A stretch of DNA of 64,000 nucleotides, taken from the NCBI GenBank assembly GCA_963758205.1, contig CAVWUM010000002.1, forward strand, positions 899,613 to 963,612, given 5' to 3'. The stretch comes from Schleiferiaceae bacterium (lineage in GTDB: Bacteria > Bacteroidota > Bacteroidia > Flavobacteriales > Schleiferiaceae). This document shows, piece by piece, positions 11,074 to 21,435 of this stretch; the stretch's first letter is position 1; every line of letters begins with the position of its first letter. The position numbers and the translations under genes were made by a program. The notes beneath the pieces are model-generated. The model did not search any database. It was not told where the DNA came from and saw only the letters and a list, made by a program, of their open reading frames with translations.

Positions 11074-11085
11074 AAAAATTAATTT

Positions 11086-11118
11086 AGCCCCCTCGGTTCA
11101 GCCGAGGGGGCTTTTTTT
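11086..11118 (+). terminator. Rho-independent terminator: GC-rich hairpin (agccccctcgg/ccgagggggct) followed by T7
   Basis: There is a perfect 11-bp stem with a 5-nt loop, then TTTTTTT. It sits between the gldJ stop and the murF ATG, which begins at 11119 directly after the T-run. Confidence 0.65.
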
Positions 11119-12393
11119 ATGAGTACAACTGAACTTTACAAGATTTTCCTTTCTTCCACAGGAGTTTCAACAGATACCCGGGCCATAAAGCCTGGTAATA
11201 CTTATTTTGCCCTTAGAGGCGATAATTTTGACGGGAATAAATTTGCATCTGACGCCATAGCCGCTGGTGCAAGTAGTGCAGTAATTGATGATGAGACTTA
11301 TGCCAGTGCAAAAACAATTTTGGTGGATAATGTACTTGAAACATTACAGGAACTGAGTAAGCATCACCGTAAACAACTCACCATACCTGTGATAGGCCTT
11401 ACCGGGAGCAATGGAAAAACCACCAGTAAAGAACTTATAGCGGCCGCCCTTGCAGAAAAATACAAAGTTGCATTCACAAAAGGGAATCTAAACAACCATA
11501 TAGGAGTACCCCTTACCCTCCTTTCCATTACTAGTCAAGATGAAATAGCCATAGTGGAGATCGGTGCCAATCACCAAAAGGAAATCGAGTTTTTAAGCTC
11601 ACTATGCCAACCTGACTACGGATATATCACCAACTTTGGTAAGGCCCACCTTGAAGGCTTTGGAGGTGTTGAAGGAGTAATTAAAGGCAAAAGTGAACTG
11701 TACGACTTTTTAAGAGAGAATAATCGGAAAGCTTTTGTGAATATTGATGACCCTAAGCAAATTGAAAAAAGTGCGGGTTTAAACACAATAACTTTTGGAA
11801 CAGACTCAGGGGCCAACTATAAAATAGAATTAGTGGATAATACAGCCGATGCCATTGCTGTATACTTTGAGAACCAAACCATCAAAACAAACCTCACTGG
11901 TAACTACAACTTTAGTAATATAGGTGCTGCCATTGCCATGGCTAAGTATTTTGATGTGCCCATAGAGGCAATCAAAAAAGGAATTGAAAGCTACTACCCT
12001 CAAAATAATCGCTCACAAGTACAAAAGACCAGTAAAAACCTTTTAGTGGTGGATACCTACAATGCCAACCCAAGTAGCATGGAGCAGGCATTGCTAAATT
12101 TCAGTTCTTTTCCCGGGAAGGGTAAGTGGGTGATACTTGGCGATATGTTTGAAATGGGCGAATATGAAGCCGAGGAACATCAGAAAATTGCTCAATTGGC
12201 AATAGGACAAGGGTTTGAAAAAACCATACTGGTTGGTAAAGCCTTCGCGAAAACTGCTACCGCCAATGCTCAGCTTTTTGAAACCACTGATGAACTACTC
12301 AACTACCTAAAAACGGAAGCGCCCGAAAACAAAACCATTCTACTAAAGGGTAGCCGAGGCATGCGCATGGAGCGAGCTATTGAGTTTTTATAA
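11119..12393 (+). CDS. murF: UDP-N-acetylmuramoyl-tripeptide--D-alanyl-D-alanine ligase
   Basis: This is a Mur ligase with the ATP-binding P-loop GLTGSNGKTTSKE. Domain order and length (424 aa) fit MurF. Confidence 0.88.
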   Translation: MSTTELYKIFLSSTGVSTDTRAIKPGNTYFALRGDNFDGNKFASDAIAAGASSAVIDDETYASAKTILVDNVLETLQELSKHHRKQLTIPVIGLTGSNGKTTSKELIAAALAEKYKVAFTKGNLNNHIGVPLTLLSITSQDEIAIVEIGANHQKEIEFLSSLCQPDYGYITNFGKAHLEGFGGVEGVIKGKSELYDFLRENNRKAFVNIDDPKQIEKSAGLNTITFGTDSGANYKIELVDNTADAIAVYFENQTIKTNLTGNYNFSNIGAAIAMAKYFDVPIEAIKKGIESYYPQNNRSQVQKTSKNLLVVDTYNANPSSMEQALLNFSSFPGKGKWVILGDMFEMGEYEAEEHQKIAQLAIGQGFEKTILVGKAFAKTATANAQLFETTDELLNYLKTEAPENKTILLKGSRGMRMERAIEFL

Positions 12394-12561
12394 TTGCGAC
12401 TATTTTTCTTTTGGAATAATTAAGTAAGATGCGGGCTTCGACTATCGCTCAGCCTGACATGCTTAAAACCCTATAAAAAAAAGCCACTCCGGTTGCCCGA
12501 AATGGCTTTTCTTAAGCTTTAGTATCAATCAATGTACAGTGTACATCAATCAAAATATATT

Positions 12562-13704
12562 TTAGTCTTTCAAAATATCTCTTGAGATTACAATCTTTTG
12601 GATTTCAGAAGTACCCTCATAAATCTGCGTAATCTTAGCATCGCGCATAAGCCGCTCAACATGGTATTCTTTTACAAAGCCGTAGCCACCGTGTATTTGC
12701 ACGGCCTCTACAGTAGTTTTCATTGCTACACTGGATGCAAACAATTTGGCCTGTGCACTTTCACGGTCAAAATTCATTTTATTATCCTTAAGCCAGGCGG
12801 CTTTTAAACACATTAACCTGGCTGCTTCAATTTCGGTAGCCATATCAGCCAGTTTAAAGGCAATAGCCTGGTGCTTGCCGATTTCTTTACCAAAGGTTTT
12901 ACGCTCTTTAGAATATTTAAGAGCCAGTTCATAAGCACCGGATGCAATACCCAAAGCCTGTGAGGCAATACCAATACGGCCCCCGCTAAGCACTTTCATG
13001 GCAAAGGTGAATCCAAAACCTTCATCACCAATTCTATTTGACTTAGGCACTTTTACATCCTGAAACATCAATGAATGTGTATCAGAACCACGGATACCCA
13101 GCTTATCTTCCTTTTTTCCAACTACAAAACCTTCCTGATCTTTTTCTACAATAAGGCAGTTTATGCCACGGTGCTTGGCTTCAACATCAGTTTGCGCCAT
13201 TACCAGGTAAACAGAAGCTGTGCCTCCATTGGTAATCCAGTTTTTGGTTCCATTTAAAAGGTAGTAATCGCCTTTATCAATGGCAGTAGTTTTTTGCGAA
13301 GTGGCATCAGAGCCGGCTTCGGGCTCACTTAAACAAAATGCTCCGATTATTTCACCAGAGGCCAATGGCTTCAAATACTTTTCTTTTTGCTCCTCGGTTC
13401 CAAACTTTTCAAGACCCCAGCATACAAGGCTGTTGTTAACTGACATTACCACAGAGGCGGAGGCATCAACCTTTGAAATCTCCTCCATTGCCAATACATA
13501 AGAGATGGTATCTAAACCACTACCATTGTATTTCGGGTCCACCATCATGCCCATAAAACCAAGCTCACCCATTTTCTTTACCTGCTCGGTTGGGAATTTT
13601 TGCTGGTCATCACGCTCTATAACACCCGGTAACAAATCATTCTGGGCAAAATCTCTTGCCGCCTGCTGTATCATCAGATGTTCTTCTGTCAATTGAAATT
13701 TCAT
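12562..13704 (-). CDS. Acyl-CoA dehydrogenase (short/medium-chain type)
   Basis: The protein aligns over its full length with the ACAD family. It has the FAD-binding region ITNGG and a C-terminal catalytic region (IYEGTSEIQ). Confidence 0.9.
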   Translation of the reverse strand: MKFQLTEEHLMIQQAARDFAQNDLLPGVIERDDQQKFPTEQVKKMGELGFMGMMVDPKYNGSGLDTISYVLAMEEISKVDASASVVMSVNNSLVCWGLEKFGTEEQKEKYLKPLASGEIIGAFCLSEPEAGSDATSQKTTAIDKGDYYLLNGTKNWITNGGTASVYLVMAQTDVEAKHRGINCLIVEKDQEGFVVGKKEDKLGIRGSDTHSLMFQDVKVPKSNRIGDEGFGFTFAMKVLSGGRIGIASQALGIASGAYELALKYSKERKTFGKEIGKHQAIAFKLADMATEIEAARLMCLKAAWLKDNKMNFDRESAQAKLFASSVAMKTTVEAVQIHGGYGFVKEYHVERLMRDAKITQIYEGTSEIQKIVISRDILKD

Positions 13705-13742
13705 GTGAATATGAATTTATTTAGCACATTATCTTTGGAAGG

Positions 13743-14846
13743 ATGGCAAATGTAAGGCATACACGCGAAAAAATGGAGCAAAACAGATGGAGGGTATTGG
13801 GAATAATGAGCGGCACATCGCTGGATGGGGTGGATTTATGTCTTTGCGATATTGAACAGCATAATGAAAAATGGAGTTTCAGCATTATTGAGGCGAAGAC
13901 CTATCCCTACCCTGATGTGCTCGCGGAAAAGCTAATCTTTAATAAAGATCTTAGCGCCCCGGATTTAATTCACCTTGATCATGAGCTGGGCTCGCATTTT
14001 GGCCACCTGGTACTTCAATTCTTTAAAGATTGTAATATTGATAAAGATTCCGTGGACCTGATTTCTTCTCATGGCCATACGCTGTATCACCAACCGGATA
14101 AAGAAATAACCTTGCAAATAGGTAATGGCCCTGAAATATTTGCTATAACCGGCATGCCTGTAGTTTGCGATTTCAGAAAACAGGATGTGGCCCTTGGCGG
14201 GCAGGGCGCTCCTTTAGTCCCCATTGGTGATAAGCACCTCTTTGGGGAATATGATGCCTGCACAAACCTGGGCGGCTTTGCCAATATTTCTTTTGACAAA
14301 GCCGGAGAGCGGCTGGCTTTTGACATTGCACCCGTAAATTTTGCCATGAACCGACTGGCTCAAAAACTCGGTAGCTCTTATGATGCCGAAGGTGCATTCG
14401 CCCGTAAGGGAGCAATAAATAAAGATTTGCTGCACAACCTGAACGGGTTGGAGTACTACACTGCACCTATCCCAAAATCGCTTGGCGCTGAATGGGTTTG
14501 GGAGGTGTTTAACCCAATACTCTGGCAATATTCAGATACTCCTGAAAACCTTTTGAGAACGCTCGTAGAGCATATCAGCACACAAATAGCCAGTTGCCTG
14601 AATACGTATCAGCTTAAGCAATGCCTGCTTACGGGTGGCGGGGCTTTCAACACCTTTTTGGTGGAACAGCTAAGGCAAAAAACCGATTGCCGCCTTATCA
14701 TTCCCGATAAGGAAATAATAGATAATAAGGAGGCTTTGATATTTGCCTTTATGGGTGTACTGCGGGCAAAGGGGGAAATTAATGTGTTGAAATCGGTAAC
14801 AGGAGCCAGCAGAAATCATAGTTCGGGCATTACCTATGGCCTTTAG
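13743..14846 (+). CDS. anmK: Anhydro-N-acetylmuramic acid kinase
   Basis: The N-terminal motif is ...LGIMSGTSLDGVDL, and the fold is Hsp70/actin-like. The true start may be the internal Met at 13776. Confidence 0.85.
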   Translation: MANVRHTREKMEQNRWRVLGIMSGTSLDGVDLCLCDIEQHNEKWSFSIIEAKTYPYPDVLAEKLIFNKDLSAPDLIHLDHELGSHFGHLVLQFFKDCNIDKDSVDLISSHGHTLYHQPDKEITLQIGNGPEIFAITGMPVVCDFRKQDVALGGQGAPLVPIGDKHLFGEYDACTNLGGFANISFDKAGERLAFDIAPVNFAMNRLAQKLGSSYDAEGAFARKGAINKDLLHNLNGLEYYTAPIPKSLGAEWVWEVFNPILWQYSDTPENLLRTLVEHISTQIASCLNTYQLKQCLLTGGGAFNTFLVEQLRQKTDCRLIIPDKEIIDNKEALIFAFMGVLRAKGEINVLKSVTGASRNHSSGITYGL

Positions 14847-14933
14847 ATTACCATTATTAATAGAGAATTAACCACTCGCTGCACTTTCATCCCACCTTGG
14901 TTTTGTTATTTTTGCGCGCATTAAAATCCAGTA

Positions 14934-16160
14934 ATGAAAGACCTCCTTAAGATTTACGAAACCAAAGCTCCTGAAATTGTATTCCATTGGCATGACAGCG
15001 AAACCATAGCTGAGGGCTGGGTTGTGATCAATTCATTAAGGGGTGGTGCTGCCGGTGGCGGTACCCGTATGCGCGAAGGTCTTAATGAGCATGAGGTACT
15101 ATCACTGGCCAAAACCATGGAAATTAAGTTTACCGTTGCCGGCCCTCCCATTGGTGGTGCCAAATCGGGCATAAACTTCAACCCCAATGATCCCCGCAAA
15201 AGCGGAGTACTGGAAAGATGGTACAAGGCCGTAAAGCCCTTGCTTAAAAATTATTACGGTACAGGTGGTGATTTAAATGTAGATGAAATTCATGAGGTAA
15301 TTCCTATTACCAATGATTTGGGCATTGACCACCCGCAGGAAGGTGTACTTACCGGTCACTATAATCCTAATGAGGCTGACAAAGAGCGTAAAATTAAACA
15401 ACTGCAACAGGGTGTACTTTTTCCGGTAACCCAAAAAGACTTAACGCCTGCAGCCAATAAAGACTATACCGTAGCGGATATGATTACGGGTTACGGTACG
15501 GCAGAGTCTGTTCGTCATTTTTATAATATTTATGGTGGCGACCTGAATGGCAAGCGCGTAATTATACAAGGCTGGGGAAATGTGGCAGCAGCAGCAGCTT
15601 ATTACCTGACTCAAAGTGGCGCAAAAGTGGTTGGTATTATTGACCGTGTAGGCGGATTGCTGAACGATAAAGGCTTCACCTTTGAGGAGATTACCAAACT
15701 GTTTAACGCCAAAACGGGTAACTACCTGGTGGCTGATAATATTATGAAGTTTGATGAGGCCAATGAGCGCATCTGGACAATTGGCGCTGAGATATTTATT
15801 CCGGCTGCAGCCTCGAGGCTGGTAAATAAAGAGCACCTGGACAAGATGATTGACAACGGACTGGAAGTGATATCATCTGGTGCCAACGTACCGTTTGCCG
15901 ATAACGAAATTTTTTACGGACCTATTTCTGAATATGCAGATCAGAAGGTAAGCTGTATACCTGATTTTATATCTAACTGCGGCATGGCCCGTGTGTTTGG
16001 ATATCTGATGGAAGACAATATTGAATTATCCGATACTGCCATATTTGGAGATACCTCCGAAACTATAAAAAAGGCTCTTGAAAATTGCTATAGACGCAAC
16101 AAGGATAAAAAGCAACTTACTAAAACGGCCTACGAAATCGCTTTAAAACAACTCGTTTAA
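14934..16160 (+). CDS. Glu/Leu/Phe/Val-family amino-acid dehydrogenase (glutamate dehydrogenase-like)
   Basis: The catalytic glycine-rich region (GGAAGGGTRM, IGGAKSG) and a Rossmann NAD(P)-binding domain (IQGWGNVAAAAAYYL) are present. Confidence 0.8.
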   Translation: MKDLLKIYETKAPEIVFHWHDSETIAEGWVVINSLRGGAAGGGTRMREGLNEHEVLSLAKTMEIKFTVAGPPIGGAKSGINFNPNDPRKSGVLERWYKAVKPLLKNYYGTGGDLNVDEIHEVIPITNDLGIDHPQEGVLTGHYNPNEADKERKIKQLQQGVLFPVTQKDLTPAANKDYTVADMITGYGTAESVRHFYNIYGGDLNGKRVIIQGWGNVAAAAAYYLTQSGAKVVGIIDRVGGLLNDKGFTFEEITKLFNAKTGNYLVADNIMKFDEANERIWTIGAEIFIPAAASRLVNKEHLDKMIDNGLEVISSGANVPFADNEIFYGPISEYADQKVSCIPDFISNCGMARVFGYLMEDNIELSDTAIFGDTSETIKKALENCYRRNKDKKQLTKTAYEIALKQLV

Positions 16161-16173
16161 TACCCCCTGTACC

Positions 16174-17598
16174 ATGTATATATTAATGGTTGTAATTTTT
16201 GTTCTGGGTTATGCTGCCATAGCCTTCGAGCACAATATTCGTATTGATAAAGCTGCATCTGCCCTTATTACCGGAGTACTCTGTTGGACAGTTTACGTAC
16301 TTGGTGCACAGGGCATTGTTGATTTTGAAAGCATACCGGCCTATATAGCAGAAGTCTTCTTTCACAACCCTGACCATAGCGCTGCGCCCAACGCTGCCGA
16401 AAAATCTGAAATAATTACCCATTACGTTACAGAGTTCCAGATACTGGAGCACCTTGGCGAGATTGCCTCTATCCTTTTCTTCCTTATGGGAGCTATGACC
16501 ATTGTCGAGTTAGTCGATGGCCATGAGGGTTTTGCGGTGATTACAGACCGGATTAAGGCCACTAAGAAATCAAAGCTGATATGGATTATTGGTATTATCA
16601 CTTTCTTCTTTTCCGCTGCGCTGGATAATCTTACTACATCTATAGTAATGATATCGCTCCTGCGAAAGCTCATTGACGATAAAAACGACCGTTGGATGTT
16701 TGCCGGACTGGTGATTATTGCCGCCAATGCCGGTGGTGCATGGTCGCCCATTGGTGATGTAACTACTACCATGCTTTGGATTGGTTCGCAGGTAACGGCC
16801 GGTGCCATAATCATAAAACTTATTATTCCCAGTTTGGTGTGTTTGGCTGTGCCGCTTATTGTACTCTCCTTCACCATGAAGGGAGATGTAAAACGCCCCA
16901 TGAAATCAGAAGGGCTTGAGCATTACTCTAACCCAACTACGCCACGCGAGCGCAACATTGTTTTTATAGCCGGTGTAGCCGGGTTGCTGTTTGTACCCGT
17001 TTTTAAAACCTACACCCACCTGCCCCCTTTTATGGGCATGATGCTGAGCCTTGGTATTTTATGGGTAATTACTGAAATTATGCACCGCAGCAAAAACCAG
17101 GAGGATAAAACCCACCTCAGTGTAATTGGTGTACTTCGCAAAATTGATACCGCCAGCGTTCTCTTCTTCCTGGGAATCCTTTTAGCAGTAGCCAGTTTAC
17201 AGTCAGCCGGGCAATTGCGCACATTAGCCGCCAGCCTGGATACCAGTATAGGTACAGATCATGAAACCGGCATTTACGCCATCAGTATGATTATCGGTTT
17301 ACTTTCGGCCATTGTGGATAACGTGCCATTGGTAGCTGCTTCTATGGGTATGTATGACATCAGCCCTGTGGCGGGCACTTTCTTTTCACAGGATGGTTTG
17401 TTTTGGGAGTTTTTGGCCTACTGTGCCGGTACCGGTGGTAGCGCCCTAATTATTGGCTCTGCCGCGGGTGTGGCCGTAATGGGGCTGGAAGGCATTCCAT
17501 TTGGCTGGTATCTTAAAAAAATCTCTATTCTGGCCCTTATCGGCTATTTTGCCGGAGCGGCTGCTTATATTGTGCAGGAGAGTGTTTTTCATTTGTAA
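16174..17598 (+). CDS. nhaD: NhaD/ArsB-superfamily Na+/H+ antiporter
   Basis: This is a polytopic membrane protein of about 12 TMs with conserved NhaD-like motifs, including SAALDNLTTSIVMISL. Confidence 0.7.
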   Translation: MYILMVVIFVLGYAAIAFEHNIRIDKAASALITGVLCWTVYVLGAQGIVDFESIPAYIAEVFFHNPDHSAAPNAAEKSEIITHYVTEFQILEHLGEIASILFFLMGAMTIVELVDGHEGFAVITDRIKATKKSKLIWIIGIITFFFSAALDNLTTSIVMISLLRKLIDDKNDRWMFAGLVIIAANAGGAWSPIGDVTTTMLWIGSQVTAGAIIIKLIIPSLVCLAVPLIVLSFTMKGDVKRPMKSEGLEHYSNPTTPRERNIVFIAGVAGLLFVPVFKTYTHLPPFMGMMLSLGILWVITEIMHRSKNQEDKTHLSVIGVLRKIDTASVLFFLGILLAVASLQSAGQLRTLAASLDTSIGTDHETGIYAISMIIGLLSAIVDNVPLVAASMGMYDISPVAGTFFSQDGLFWEFLAYCAGTGGSALIIGSAAGVAVMGLEGIPFGWYLKKISILALIGYFAGAAAYIVQESVFHL

Positions 17599-17622
17599 AG
17601 ACTCAATTACTCATCAAAGCCA

Positions 17623-18060
17623 TTGAATCTCCTGATATTAGGAAATAAAAACAAAGTTGATCGACTTTACAGGGTTGGTAGCTTATGGGTTTTAGGTATC
17701 AGTCTTCTAGCTGTATTATTCTCCTTTGCTCAAGCCATCTCTTTTACTGAGGGTTTCATTCTGGCTATCGCCTTTAATTTGGCTTATCACCTAATGTATC
17801 ACTTTATTAGTATCCTGTATTACGAGTTATTAATTTGGGTAAAGAGAAATGGAACTATACAAATTGCTCTTCTTGCAAAACTCATGGTTTGGCTCTTTGC
17901 GTATGCATTTCTTTTAGGTTCATATGGATTAATGGTATTTCTAATTATAAGAGCAATAATATCATCGGACTTTACTTATCTACTCCCAATTCCGATACTA
18001 GCCGGACCTATTCTTGGGAGTAATAAGTTAATTATCAAGTTAAAAACCAAGACTGGCTAG
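17623..18060 (+). CDS. Hypothetical small integral membrane protein (4 predicted TMs)
   Basis: An ORF with hydrophobic segments. It is clearly AT-richer than its neighbours and has no recognisable motif. Confidence 0.3.
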   Translation: MNLLILGNKNKVDRLYRVGSLWVLGISLLAVLFSFAQAISFTEGFILAIAFNLAYHLMYHFISILYYELLIWVKRNGTIQIALLAKLMVWLFAYAFLLGSYGLMVFLIIRAIISSDFTYLLPIPILAGPILGSNKLIIKLKTKTG

Positions 18061-18178
18061 TTCACCTCTCAATCTACCAATCATTAAAAGTGTAAACTTT
18101 CAATTGTTAATTTTTCTTTTGGGGCTTATAATCTGCGCTTAGCTAAGCCGTTATCTTTGGAGGTAAAATAAACCTTTC

Positions 18179-18892
18179 ATGAACATACCCTTTTTGCAGA
18201 TATCCATGCCCGACACCTCTGCCGTAAGCAACGGAGCTGAGGATATTGAGCCCGTAGAGAAAACCCTTTCTATAATAGATTTAATAACCAGTGGTGGTAT
18301 TGGTGGCCAGCTTATCATGGCTGTGCTGTTTATCCTCTCAATAGTGGCCGTTTACATTTTTATTGAGCGTTTTAATGCTATTAAGCGCGCCAATAAGGTA
18401 GATGCCAACTTTATCAATAATATTAAAGACCATGTAAGTCATGGAAGGCTTGATGCCGCCCGAGCCCTTTGCCAAAGCCAGAATACCCCTGTGGCCCGCA
18501 TGATCCAAAAAGGAATATCGCGTATTGGTAAACCCTTAAAGGACATTACCTCAGCCATAGAAAACACAGGTAAGCTGGAAATTACCCGCCTCGAGAAAAA
18601 CCTGGCCAGTATGGCCACCATAGCGGGTGCGGCACCTATGATTGGTTTCCTGGGTACAGTAATCGGTATGATACTGGCCTTCCATGAAATGGCGGCTGCC
18701 GGTGGTCAAATTGATATTGAAATGCTGGCCGAAGGTATTTACACTGCTATGACCACTACTGTTGCCGGACTGATTGTTGGTATCATCGCCTACATAGGTT
18801 ACAACCTTTTGGTAACGCGTGTGGATAAGGTAGTTTACAAGATGGAAGCCAACACAGTTGAATTCCTTGACCTGCTAAACGAACCCGCTTAA
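18179..18892 (+). CDS. exbB: MotA/TolQ/ExbB proton-channel family protein
   Basis: It has three TMs and the conserved C-terminal TolQ/ExbB region (AAPMIGFLGTVIGMI...TTVAGLIVGI). It is followed by exbD and tonB. Confidence 0.85.
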   Translation: MNIPFLQISMPDTSAVSNGAEDIEPVEKTLSIIDLITSGGIGGQLIMAVLFILSIVAVYIFIERFNAIKRANKVDANFINNIKDHVSHGRLDAARALCQSQNTPVARMIQKGISRIGKPLKDITSAIENTGKLEITRLEKNLASMATIAGAAPMIGFLGTVIGMILAFHEMAAAGGQIDIEMLAEGIYTAMTTTVAGLIVGIIAYIGYNLLVTRVDKVVYKMEANTVEFLDLLNEPA

Positions 18893-18893
18893 G

Positions 18894-19286
18894 ATGGATT
18901 TAAAGAGAAGAAACAGAGTAAGTGCAGAGTTCAGCATGAGCAGCATGACGGACATCGTGTTTCTGCTGCTTATATTTTTTATGATAGCTTCTACCTTAGT
19001 TACCAGTTCGGCTTTGGATTTAATTTTACCTAGCAGCAAGGCTCAGGATGTAAACAAGCCCAATATTTCGGTGAGTATTACTCCAGACTTAAGATACTCT
19101 GTTGGTAAAACAGAAGTGCCTGAATCAGGTCTTGAAGCTTTGATTCTCAATGAGGCCAAAGGAAGTAAAGATGCAGTACTAATGCTTTTTGCTGATAAAT
19201 CGGTACCTTACGAAAAGGTGGTTCTGGTAATGGATATTGCGTATAGGAACAAGCTGAAAATGATTGCAGCCACTAATTCCAAATAA
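18894..19286 (+). CDS. exbD: Biopolymer transport protein ExbD/TolR
   Basis: A single N-terminal TM (MTDIVFLLLIFFMI) and an ExbD periplasmic domain. It is translationally coupled to exbB with a 1-nt gap. Confidence 0.85.
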   Translation: MDLKRRNRVSAEFSMSSMTDIVFLLLIFFMIASTLVTSSALDLILPSSKAQDVNKPNISVSITPDLRYSVGKTEVPESGLEALILNEAKGSKDAVLMLFADKSVPYEKVVLVMDIAYRNKLKMIAATNSK

Positions 19287-19288
19287 TT

Positions 19289-20107
19289 ATGTTTAAAGAG
19301 ATATGGAACGATAAAGACCGAAGGAAAGGGCTGATTGGCTCTATAGTTTTCCATGCTCTTTTGTTACTGCTGTTTTTATTTGTAGGATTAAAATACATGG
19401 AGCCTAAACCCGAAATAGGCATTGTGATCAATTTCGGTAGCTCTGAAACCGGTATGGGCGATCAGGCGGATGGTGCCCAAACGGCCGTTTCGGAACCTAC
19501 CCCCCAGCAAACCAATCCTGACCCGGTAGAAAACCCCATGGAAGCCGAAACGCCTGTGCAAACACAGGATGCTGTAGAGGCCCCATCGGTGGAAACCAAA
19601 AAGAATAACAAGCCCAAAACCGAAGAAAAACCCAAGGTGCAGGAACCTGAAAAGCCCAAACCCAGCAGTGAGCTGGAAAAAATGCTGCAGAGTGTAAAAA
19701 GCTCTAAATCGGGTGGCGAGGGCGAAAAAGAAGGCTCCGGTGACCAGGGCAGCCCCGATGGTGATCCAAACAGTAAAAACCGTACAGGTGGAAGCATTGG
19801 TGGCGGTGGAACCGGAGGTAGCGGGAATTATCTATTAGATGGCCGCCAGGCCCTGAGTAAGCCCAAACCAGATTACCCCTGTACGGATGAAGGTAGAGTA
19901 GTGGTAAAGATTTATGTAAACCAAAGTGGCAAGGTAACCAATGCCATACCCGGTGAGCGCATACCTGGTGGTGCCGCCAGCACCACAGCTAGCGGTTGTC
20001 TGTACGATAAAGCCAAAGCAGCAGCATTAAAAACCACTTGGCAACCGGATAATAGTGCTCCAAGCACTCAAATCGGATTTATCATCTACAACTTCCAAAA
20101 ACAATAG
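19289..20107 (+). CDS. tonB: Energy transducer TonB
   Basis: An N-terminal TM is followed by a Pro/Glu/Lys-rich spacer and a C-terminal TonB domain. It is coupled to exbD. Confidence 0.75.
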   Translation: MFKEIWNDKDRRKGLIGSIVFHALLLLLFLFVGLKYMEPKPEIGIVINFGSSETGMGDQADGAQTAVSEPTPQQTNPDPVENPMEAETPVQTQDAVEAPSVETKKNNKPKTEEKPKVQEPEKPKPSSELEKMLQSVKSSKSGGEGEKEGSGDQGSPDGDPNSKNRTGGSIGGGGTGGSGNYLLDGRQALSKPKPDYPCTDEGRVVVKIYVNQSGKVTNAIPGERIPGGAASTTASGCLYDKAKAAALKTTWQPDNSAPSTQIGFIIYNFQKQ

Positions 20108-20118
20108 ATTAACTGCTT

Positions 20119-21402
20119 TTGAAAGAGCAAGGGAAAACTGAATCACCTGAGGCCAGGTCCCCCTTAGGGGGAATTAGGGGGCAAACATACCAGGAGTGCC
20201 TGGATTGGCTGTTCGCCCAATTGCCCATGTACCAGCGTGTGGGGGGTGCGGCCTACAAAGCCGACCTCAGCAACACTTTGCAGCTAATGGAAATATTGGA
20301 GCACCCGGAAGCAAAATTCAAAAGTGTGCATGTGGCCGGCACCAATGGTAAAGGCTCAGTATCTCACATGTTGGCAGCTATATTTCAAAAGGCCGGCTAC
20401 AAAACCGGACTGTACACCTCCCCTCACCTTAAGGATTTCAGAGAACGCATCCGCATAAATGGAGAGATGATTCCTGAAGAAAAAGTGGTGGCCTTTGTTG
20501 ATCAGTATAAAGAGAACTTCACTTCACTTGGTCTTTCCTTTTTTGAAATGACTGTAGGCATGGCGTTTCAATATTTTGCAGATGAAAAGGTGGATATTGC
20601 CATAGTAGAAGTAGGCATGGGCGGCCGGCTGGACAGTACTAATGTGGTTACGCCCCAGCTTAGCGTCATCACCAATATCAGTTTGGATCATACCCAGTTT
20701 TTGGGAAATACTAAAGCCCTGATTGCCGCTGAAAAAGGAGGCATTATAAAGCCCGGCATTCCTGTAGTAATAGGTGAACGGGATGAGGAAAGCAGCCCTG
20801 TATTTGAAAAAATCGCTAAAGAACGTAATGCCCCCATTTTGTTTGCTGAGGACCTTATTCCATGGCGCACCGTAGATGCCCTTGATTTAAAAGGCCTTTA
20901 TCAGGAAAGAAATATCAGAACCGTATTGGCTGCTGTAAACGTGCTTTCATCGCAGGGCCACAACCTGCACATTCATTTGGAAGAAGCGCTGAACAATACG
21001 GCCAAACTAACCGGCCTGCGCGGACGCTGGGAGCAGATTGGAAGTAAGCCTAAAATTATTTGTGATACCGGTCATAACGAGGCAGGAGTGCAAATGGTAT
21101 TGGATCAACTGAAGCGGGAAAGTTATCGCCAGCTACACATTGTTTGGGGCATGGTGGGCGATAAAGACATCAGCACCATTTTGCGGATGCTACCCAAGCA
21201 TGCTATTTACTACTTCTGTAAACCTGATATTCCCCGTGGTAAAAATGCAGAAGAACTGGGCCGCGAAGCGGTTCGTTTTGGCCTTTCGGGAAAAAGCTAC
21301 TCATCGGTAACTAAAGCGCTGGACGCTGCGCGCTCTCATACTTTATCTGACGACCTGATTTTTGTTGGAGGGAGTACGTTTGTAGTTGGGGAGGTGATAT
21401 AG
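20119..21402 (+). CDS. folC: Bifunctional folylpolyglutamate synthase/dihydrofolate synthase
   Basis: A Mur-ligase-family P-loop (HVAGTNGKGS) and the FolC-like order of central and C-terminal domains. The real start may lie downstream of the listed Met. Confidence 0.85.
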   Translation: MKEQGKTESPEARSPLGGIRGQTYQECLDWLFAQLPMYQRVGGAAYKADLSNTLQLMEILEHPEAKFKSVHVAGTNGKGSVSHMLAAIFQKAGYKTGLYTSPHLKDFRERIRINGEMIPEEKVVAFVDQYKENFTSLGLSFFEMTVGMAFQYFADEKVDIAIVEVGMGGRLDSTNVVTPQLSVITNISLDHTQFLGNTKALIAAEKGGIIKPGIPVVIGERDEESSPVFEKIAKERNAPILFAEDLIPWRTVDALDLKGLYQERNIRTVLAAVNVLSSQGHNLHIHLEEALNNTAKLTGLRGRWEQIGSKPKIICDTGHNEAGVQMVLDQLKRESYRQLHIVWGMVGDKDISTILRMLPKHAIYYFCKPDIPRGKNAEELGREAVRFGLSGKSYSSVTKALDAARSHTLSDDLIFVGGSTFVVGEVI

Positions 21403-21435
21403 GTTCGTTTAGGTATCTTTGAGTTTGAAAATCGA

